Origin: Allobaculum fili
GTDB taxonomy: Bacteria; Bacillota_I; Bacilli_A; Erysipelotrichales; Erysipelotrichaceae
Direction: 5' to 3'
DNA: 32,000 nt
NCBI RefSeq assembly: GCF_020969955.1
Contig: NZ_JAHDSX010000001.1
Location: 166,230 to 198,229 of the forward strand
The notes below the pieces were generated by a model. The model did no database searches. It was not told the DNA's origin and saw only the letters and a program-made list of their open reading frames with translations. Position numbers and translations under genes: made by a program. Below, piece after piece: positions 25,988-32,000 of this stretch. Positions within the stretch are counted from its first letter, which is position 1, and each line of letters begins with the position of its first letter.

Positions 25988-28927
25988 GTCTGAGAGCTTT
26001 GTAATTTCAGAAGGCTGATCGCCGCTGAAAGCCTGCTTATTGTCGTAGACCACGTCTGAGAGCTTTGTAATTTCAGAAGGCTGATCGCCGAAAACGGAAG
26101 CTGGGTTGCGGGATGTCCCGTCTGAGAGCTTTGTAATTTCAGAAGGCTGATCGCCCAAAGACGCGGCTGGGAAACTGTCGAATCTGTCTGAGAGCTTTGT
26201 AATTTCAGAAGGCTGATCGCCCAAAGGCATGGGCGCCATGCTCAAGCAGGCGTCTGAGAGCTTTGTAATTTCAGAAGGCTGATCGCCAGCCCGAACCGCT
26301 GGCGTGCCGTTAGCAAGGTCTGAGAGCTTTGTAATTTCAGAAGGCTGATCGCCATTTCAATGCCCGGATGGCCTGCTCATTCAGTCTGAGAGCTTTGTAA
26401 TTTCAGAAGGCTGATCGCCTCATTCAAATTTTAACAGAAAGGAATTCATGTCTGAGAGCTTTGTAATTTCAGAAGGCTGATCGCCCGAAATACCCGCCGA
26501 CCGGGTACCTCTTGGGTCTGAGAGCTTTGTAATTTCAGAAGGCTGATCGCCTGAGAGAGAAATGGATAGGCACTTCCCGCGGTCTGAGAGCTTTGTAATT
26601 TCAGAAGGCTGATCGCCCTTTGATTTTGACGGGTTCGAGACGGTGTAGTCTGAGAGCTTTGTAATTTCAGAAGGCTGATCGCCCAAAGGCATGGGCGCCA
26701 TGCTCAAGCAGGCGTCTGAGAGCTTTGTAATTTCAGAAGGCTGATCGCCAGCCCGAACCGCTGGCGTGCCGTTAGCAAGGTCTGAGAGCTTTGTAATTTC
26801 AGAAGGCTGATCGCCCAAGGACGTAGCCTTTTGCCACATCCTCAGGTCTGAGAGCTTTGTAATTTCAGAAGGCTGATCGCCCCACCATCAGCCAGTCGCC
26901 GACAGACCCTTGTCTGAGAGCTTTGTAATTTCAGAAGGCTGATCGCCCGAATCCATGTCGTGGCGGTCTGTAGGTCAGTCTGAGAGCTTTGTAATTTCAG
27001 AAGGCTGATCGCCGTTGTTTCCGCGCCCCAGTTCTTAATAATTGTCTGAGAGCTTTGTAATTTCAGAAGGCTGATCGCCTATTACGGGCATACCGATACC
27101 AGCCTGGCGGTCTGAGAGCTTTGTAATTTCAGAAGGCTGATCGCCTCGTTCATGACTCTGTGAAGGGTGGTGCTGGTCTGAGAGCTTTGTAATTTCAGAA
27201 GGCTGATCGCCAAAAGCATCCCGTGCAGTCGTTCCCCTCTGGTCTGAGAGCTTTGTAATTTCAGAAGGCTGATCGCCAAAAGCATCCCGTGCAGTCGTTC
27301 CCCTCTGGTCTGAGAGCTTTGTAATTTCAGAAGGCTGATCGCCTTGTCATTCTCATTCCCTCTCTTCGATCGTGTCTGAGAGCTTTGTAATTTCAGAAGG
27401 CTGATCGCCTTCGATCACTACCTGTGAATCGTCGATCCAGTCTGAGAGCTTTGTAATTTCAGAAGGCTGATCGCCCCGGAGAATAGCCGGCACCGCGCGC
27501 ATTTGGTCTGAGAGCTTTGTAATTTCAGAAGGCTGATCGCCTTCGATCACTACCTGTGAATCGTCGATCCAGTCTGAGAGCTTTGTAATTTCAGAAGGCT
27601 GATCGCCCCGGAGAATAGCCGGCACCGCGCGCATTTGGTCTGAGAGCTTTGTAATTTCAGAAGGCTGATCGCCTTCGATCACTACCTGTGAATCGTCGAT
27701 CCAGTCTGAGAGCTTTGTAATTTCAGAAGGCTGATCGCCCCGGAGAATAGCCGGCACCGCGCGCATTTGGTCTGAGAGCTTTGTAATTTCAGAAGGCTGA
27801 TCGCCAGAAAGTATGAGCGCGCTGGAAGCCGCCAAGTCTGAGAGCTTTGTAATTTCAGAAGGCTGATCGCCGCAGTGCTGCCAAACGCGAAACATTTGTA
27901 TGTCTGAGAGCTTTGTAATTTCAGAAGGCTGATCGCCGATGACCGTCAACGGTCAGCAGTTCCGACTGTCTGAGAGCTTTGTAATTTCAGAAGGCTGATC
28001 GCCTTGGGTACAGAACATACTGGAGCTTTGCAGGTCTGAGAGCTTTGTAATTTCAGAAGGCTGATCGCCTTTAAACGCCAGGTTAAACTGATCGATGGTG
28101 TCTGAGAGCTTTGTAATTTCAGAAGGCTGATCGCCAGTCACTGAGTTCCCCTCCCAATACGCGGTGTCTGAGAGCTTTGTAATTTCAGAAGGCTGATCGC
28201 CGCAGTTCAGACGCAGCAGATCGCAGAGCTTGTCTGAGAGCTTTGTAATTTCAGAAGGCTGATCGCCAGTCTCGCTTGAGGATAACCTGGCTTAAGTGTC
28301 TGAGAGCTTTGTAATTTCAGAAGGCTGATCGCCAAAACTCATCATGACGGCAACTGCGGTCGTGTCTGAGAGCTTTGTAATTTCAGAAGGCTGATCGCCA
28401 CGCCAGCGGTTCGGGCTTTCCGTTCCTCTGTCTGAGAGCTTTGTAATTTCAGAAGGCTGATCGCCCTTGACTTCTGGAATCGTGCGCTCGCACGAGTCTG
28501 AGAGCTTTGTAATTTCAGAAGGCTGATCGCCTTCTCTTTTTCGTCGTCCGGCGTTTCGTCTGTCTGAGAGCTTTGTAATTTCAGAAGGCTGATCGCCTTC
28601 CCGGTACTCAGTCTTCTGTATGTACTGGTCTGAGAGCTTTGTAATTTCAGAAGGCTGATCGCCGTTGTAACTTTCGGATCTGCCCGTTTCACTGTCTGAG
28701 AGCTTTGTAATTTCAGAAGGCTGATCGCCCTCTGTGTCGATTTCTATGGACGCAGATTCGTCTGAGAGCTTTGTAATTTCAGAAGGCTGATCGCCGCACG
28801 TAAATCGTTCCGGTAAGAGTGCCTTGTCTGAGAGCTTTGTAATTTCAGAAGGCTGGTCGCCACGGGAGAAATCGGTGGAAGCTGAGCGTAAGTCTGAGAG
28901 CATTGGGATTTCAGGAGGACAGTAATC
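25988..28927 (+). CRISPR. CRISPR array: 45 repeats of 36 nt and 44 spacers of 30 nt (37 unique)
   Basis: The repeat GTCTGAGAGCTTTGTAATTTCAGAAGGCTGATCGCC starts at 25988+66k for k=0..44; I checked every row. Repeat 44 (28826) has one substitution (A31G). Repeat 45 (28892-28927, GTCTGAGAGCATTGGGATTTCAGGAGGACAGTAATC) matches at 25/36 and marks the degenerate trailer end. Orientation is the same as the cas genes. Confidence 0.98.
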
Positions 28928-29208
28928 AAACCAATTCACTTGCCTGGAAATTTCTAAGAAGTATTTTGAGTAATTGTTTCTAAACAAAATAGACAGAATA
29001 TTTTCCAATGGCTTTTTGCCTTAGAACTGTTTTGATCATACCGAATAGAATTATTCCTTTACGCTATGCACGATGATAAGTTGTTTATTAAGACAGATAT
29101 CAATTGGGTGTGCTCGACAGTTAGCAAGTTAAAAAATGCAGATTTGGAACAGAACTAGATGATAAGTAGAAACTGGTAGATAAATATAAGGGAGGGCTTG
29201 TTCTGAAT

Positions 29209-29772
29209 ATGCCATTTAAATCGAACGGAAAAACGTCAGACTGTTCACATCAAACTAAGCTCTATCCACCGCCATTGACGTCAGAATTCATGAGAAAAAT
29301 CCCTGAGCTCACAACTGCAGAGGTTTTGGAACCCATGCACGATGAAAAAAAGCAAAGCCGACCAACGCGACGACAGATTCAGCAGATGCTTTTGATATTA
29401 GTTGCTCTGTGTGCAGCATGTGCGCTCGGCTACCTTATGTTTGGAAGAACTTGCATTTTTCAGATTGCCTTTGGCATGCCGTGTCCAGGCTGCGGAATGC
29501 TCCACGCATTTTTCTCTCTGCTGACATTTCATTTTTATGAAGCGACAATTTATAATCCGGCGATCTGGATCTGGATTCCATTTGTCCTGTGCACAATTTT
29601 TGCCTGGTGGACCGGCAGATTGAAAGAGAACTGGTTTTTAGTTTTATTTGGATTTGTCACCGCAATCACGATTGGAATTTATATTTTTCGGATGATTACA
29701 GTTTTTCCGGCGTGGCCGATGGATTCCTATGCAGGAAATCTGCTAGGACGGGCAGTCGCGCTATTCAGATAG
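29209..29772 (+). CDS. DUF2752-like membrane protein
   Basis: The FGMPCPGCGMLHAF motif followed by several TM helices is typical of DUF2752. GGAGGG RBS at 29191-29196. The true start may be an internal Met, since family members are usually shorter. Confidence 0.65.
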   Translation: MPFKSNGKTSDCSHQTKLYPPPLTSEFMRKIPELTTAEVLEPMHDEKKQSRPTRRQIQQMLLILVALCAACALGYLMFGRTCIFQIAFGMPCPGCGMLHAFFSLLTFHFYEATIYNPAIWIWIPFVLCTIFAWWTGRLKENWFLVLFGFVTAITIGIYIFRMITVFPAWPMDSYAGNLLGRAVALFR

Positions 29773-29810
29773 CCGTTATGGAAAGGCAGATTTGTAATAA
29801 ATGGAAGAAG

Positions 29811-29836
29811 AGCCTTGGATGATCCAGGGCTTTTTC
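29811..29836 (+). terminator. Intrinsic terminator
   Basis: AGCCTTGG (29811-29818) / CCAGGGCT (29824-29831) with one G-U pair, then TTTTT. Confidence 0.55.
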
Positions 29837-30044
29837 CATTTGCGAGCCTTCACACAGCGGAAGCCAGTTGGATTGGAGAATGGCGAATAAAGTTTTGAAA
29901 ATTTTCAGGGAATGTTAAAAAGGCGGCACAAAGCGCCCGATACAATGGAATCAGGAATAGGGATCTGCTTAAAAAATACATTTTACGAATACAGGAACAA
30001 TCCAAATTCTCAATTCGCATAAACTTGGAAAGGAGATTTTCAGC

Positions 30045-31298
30045 ATGAAAAAGAAATCCGCTTTTATTCTGCTTTCAGCCTGCCTGGCGTGTGTCGGATG
30101 CACAACTGCACCTCAGAAGGGCAGTTCTGAATCTTTACAAAATGAAAATTCTGCACAGCAGCCAGCCGCAGTTGTTCAGCTTTCGGATCAGCAGAAAGCT
30201 TCGCTTTTCACCTTTTCCTGGAATTTATTTAACGAGCTTTATGAGGATGGAAAAGACGCGCTAGTCTCCCCGCTTTCCGCCTATTTCGCGCTGGGCATGG
30301 CGGCGCAGGGTGCTGATGGGAAGACGCTTGAAGAAATCGAAAAAACGCTGGGAACAGACGTAAAGACGATGCGCGAATTATCGGCGAGCGCGATTCAGTC
30401 CGCAGAAGGCGAAAACAGACAATTGCAAATAGCCAATTCGATCTGGGTCAAAGATACAGAGCTCGATTCTTCCTATCTGGATGTTCTGAAAGAGGACTAT
30501 GATGCGGAAGGCTTCGAGTCGGCGTTCGATTCAAAAGCGGCGGATCAGATTAATGACTGGGTCAGTCAGAAAACGGATGGACAGATTTCTAAGATGGTCG
30601 ATTCCAGCGAGATTGAATCGCTCAGTCTGCTTTTGCTGAACGCCATAAATTTTGACGCAAAATGGCAAACCTCATACGAGTCGGAAGATATTACGCGCTT
30701 CACTTTCACGGCCGCCAGTGGCGAAAGTCAGGAATGCGACGCAATGCTAAGCATCGAAGATCAGTATGTGGATGCGGGCAGCGTCCACGGATTTATGCGC
30801 CCTTATGAAGGCGGACGCTATGCGCTTTGCGCGCTCATTCCCAAAGATGAGCAGAAGACGATCGATGAAGCCCTTCAGAAAATCGACAGCAGTGGACTCG
30901 AAAAGGCGATTCAGACTCCGCAGCAGCGGGATGTGCACGCCACAATGCCGCCATTTGAAGTGGAAAGCGCCTTTTCTTTAAAGGACGCCCTCCAGAAGCT
31001 GGGTATGGATCTGCCTTTCAGCGATCTCGCGGATTTCTCAGGGATGTCTAAATCCACGAAATTGAAGATCGGCGCTGTAAATCAGAAAAGCCGCCTTTTG
31101 CTGAATGCCCAGGGAACAAAAGCGGCCGCGGCGACCGATGTCGGGATGGTTGAAGAGTCGGCTCGTGTCGAGGAAGATCCAATTTATATTGCCTGCAACC
31201 GGCCGTTCCTCTATTTGATTGTGGATATCGAAACCGGAACCCCCGTTTTCATAGGCATTCAGAATTCAATACCAACTGAATCTGCAGGCTTGAAGTAG
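30045..31298 (+). CDS. Serpin-family protease inhibitor with a lipoprotein-type signal peptide
   Basis: 417 aa. MKKKSAFILLSACLACVGC signal/lipobox region. Serpin blocks SPLSAYFALGMAAQGADGKTLEEI and NAINFDAKW. Hinge QGTKAAAATD, a reactive-centre loop, then NRPFLYLIVD..TPVFIG. Confidence 0.9.
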   Translation: MKKKSAFILLSACLACVGCTTAPQKGSSESLQNENSAQQPAAVVQLSDQQKASLFTFSWNLFNELYEDGKDALVSPLSAYFALGMAAQGADGKTLEEIEKTLGTDVKTMRELSASAIQSAEGENRQLQIANSIWVKDTELDSSYLDVLKEDYDAEGFESAFDSKAADQINDWVSQKTDGQISKMVDSSEIESLSLLLLNAINFDAKWQTSYESEDITRFTFTAASGESQECDAMLSIEDQYVDAGSVHGFMRPYEGGRYALCALIPKDEQKTIDEALQKIDSSGLEKAIQTPQQRDVHATMPPFEVESAFSLKDALQKLGMDLPFSDLADFSGMSKSTKLKIGAVNQKSRLLLNAQGTKAAAATDVGMVEESARVEEDPIYIACNRPFLYLIVDIETGTPVFIGIQNSIPTESAGLK

Positions 31299-31455
31299 AA
31301 AACGGTAAAAAGGGGGAGAGCGATTCTCAGACGTTCCTCTGTATTCTTCAAACTGCGAAAAGACGGCTTCGTCGAACGTTTCTGAAATTCGATGAAACCG
31401 CCTTTTTCGTATCGTTTAGGCGCTGCGCACTCTGAACATTTCTCGTCATTCAAAA

Positions 31456-32000
31456 GTAAGTGTCAAACAATCGACGGGTATACGCGAGACTGAATATTAG
31501 ATACGCTAAACGGGATCCCTTTCGAGATCCCGCTTGGCGTATTTTTTATTCTTCATCGTTTTCTTCATACTTCGGATCCGGTCCACGGTATCCAATTCGA
31601 AGATATTCAGGTAAATCCTTTGAATACGGCAGAAGTGACTTCAATACATCTACCGCGATTTCATCGTCTTTGAACCATTTGAGTTCATCCAGAACGTACT
31701 CCATGTAGCGCTCTGGATTTAAGTCGTTCATTTCAGCCGATCGAAACAAAGTCATAAACGCTGCGACGACTTCCGCACCTTTGATACTCTTCGTAGTCTG
31801 GAAGTTTTTGCGATTGATCACGAATGGCTTTACGGCTCTTTCTGCCACATTATTGTCGATCGGATAATCACCGTCTTCCAGGTACCTTCCCAACGAGTTC
31901 GCTCGATCCATGAAGTACTTGGCTGCTCTGTAGGCGGTGCTTCTTTCCTCGAATCCACTCTGAATCTCCATCATGACTCTTGTGAGTCTTTCAAAGCAGG
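31456..32000 (-). mobile_element. End of an IS66-family insertion sequence (continues beyond the window)
   Basis: Contains the 3' part of an IS66-type transposase gene. The candidate terminal inverted repeat starts GTAAGTGTCAAACAATCG at 31456; IS66-family ends typically begin GTAA. Confidence 0.6.
31546..32000 (-). CDS. IS66-family transposase, C-terminal part (N-terminus outside the window)
   Basis: The frame is open to the window edge (..CFERLTRVMMEIQ..). The conserved IS66 C-terminal block is IDNNVAERAVKPFVINRKNFQTTKSIKGAEVVAAFMTLFRSAEMNDLNPERYMEYVL. Confidence 0.8.
   Translation of the reverse strand, partial: CFERLTRVMMEIQSGFEERSTAYRAAKYFMDRANSLGRYLEDGDYPIDNNVAERAVKPFVINRKNFQTTKSIKGAEVVAAFMTLFRSAEMNDLNPERYMEYVLDELKWFKDDEIAVDVLKSLLPYSKDLPEYLRIGYRGPDPKYEENDEE

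Noticed and set aside
25904-29008. Long minus-strand ORFs across the array (25904-26245, 26420-26839, 27353-27949, 27953-28141, 28292-29008 and others) encoding reiterated GDQPSEITKLSD or AISLLKLQSSQT peptides.
   Set aside because: These are translation artefacts of the CRISPR array. Repeat plus spacer is 66 nt, exactly 22 codons, and the repeat has no stop codon in those frames, so the frame is carried from unit to unit. The variable parts are simply translated spacers.
29122-29134. TAGCAAGTTAAAA in the array trailer, identical to the core of the S. pyogenes tracrRNA anti-repeat. This raised the possibility of a second or ancestral tracrRNA.
   Set aside because: It pairs poorly with this locus's repeat (GTCTGAGAGCTT). 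No nexus (AAGGCTAGTCCG-like) or terminator follows it. It lies in AT-rich DNA where such 13-mers are likelier, and a much better tracrRNA exists at 19724-19812. At most it is a relic.

Overview
This window looks like a chromosomal segment from a Gram-positive (Bacillota-like) bacterium. That assignment is an inference from the mraZ-rsmH-ftsL-PBP(PASTA) gene order, the lipoprotein signal peptides and the GGAGG-type ribosome-binding sites. The backbone carries housekeeping genes: a metallophosphoesterase, a cytoplasmic BMP-domain protein, kdpD/kdpE-like two-component genes, rsmD, an alpha/beta hydrolase, proC and the start of the dcw cluster. The dominant accessory feature is a complete type II-A CRISPR-Cas locus with S. 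pyogenes-like architecture at about 19.7-28.9 kb. It comprises an antisense tracrRNA that I could read directly from the sequence, cas9 (1394 aa), cas1, cas2, csn2, a 58-nt leader and an array of 45 repeats (36 nt) with 44 spacers (30 nt each, exact 66-nt period). The array carries internal spacer duplications, including a two-spacer cassette present three times in tandem. It also carries two spacers that overlap on opposite strands of the same target. The locus is visibly more AT-rich than its flanks. To its right lie a DUF2752-like membrane protein, a lipoprotein-type bacterial serpin and the end of an IS66-family element that runs off the window. Other items worth a second look are listed below.
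- A promoter/terminator-bounded unit of about 215 nt with no convincing ORF, at 4.5-4.7 kb.
- A long imperfect hairpin at 4.38-4.48 kb.
- An 11-bp tandem repeat at 11.77-11.81 kb.
- Clustered GAAAGTG boxes upstream of mraZ.
I do not see convincing evidence for a wholly new multi-gene system. The novelty candidates are the divergent Cas9/tracrRNA/repeat module, the array rearrangements and a few uncharacterised genes and RNAs. All family assignments rest on motif recognition by eye; no database search was possible.
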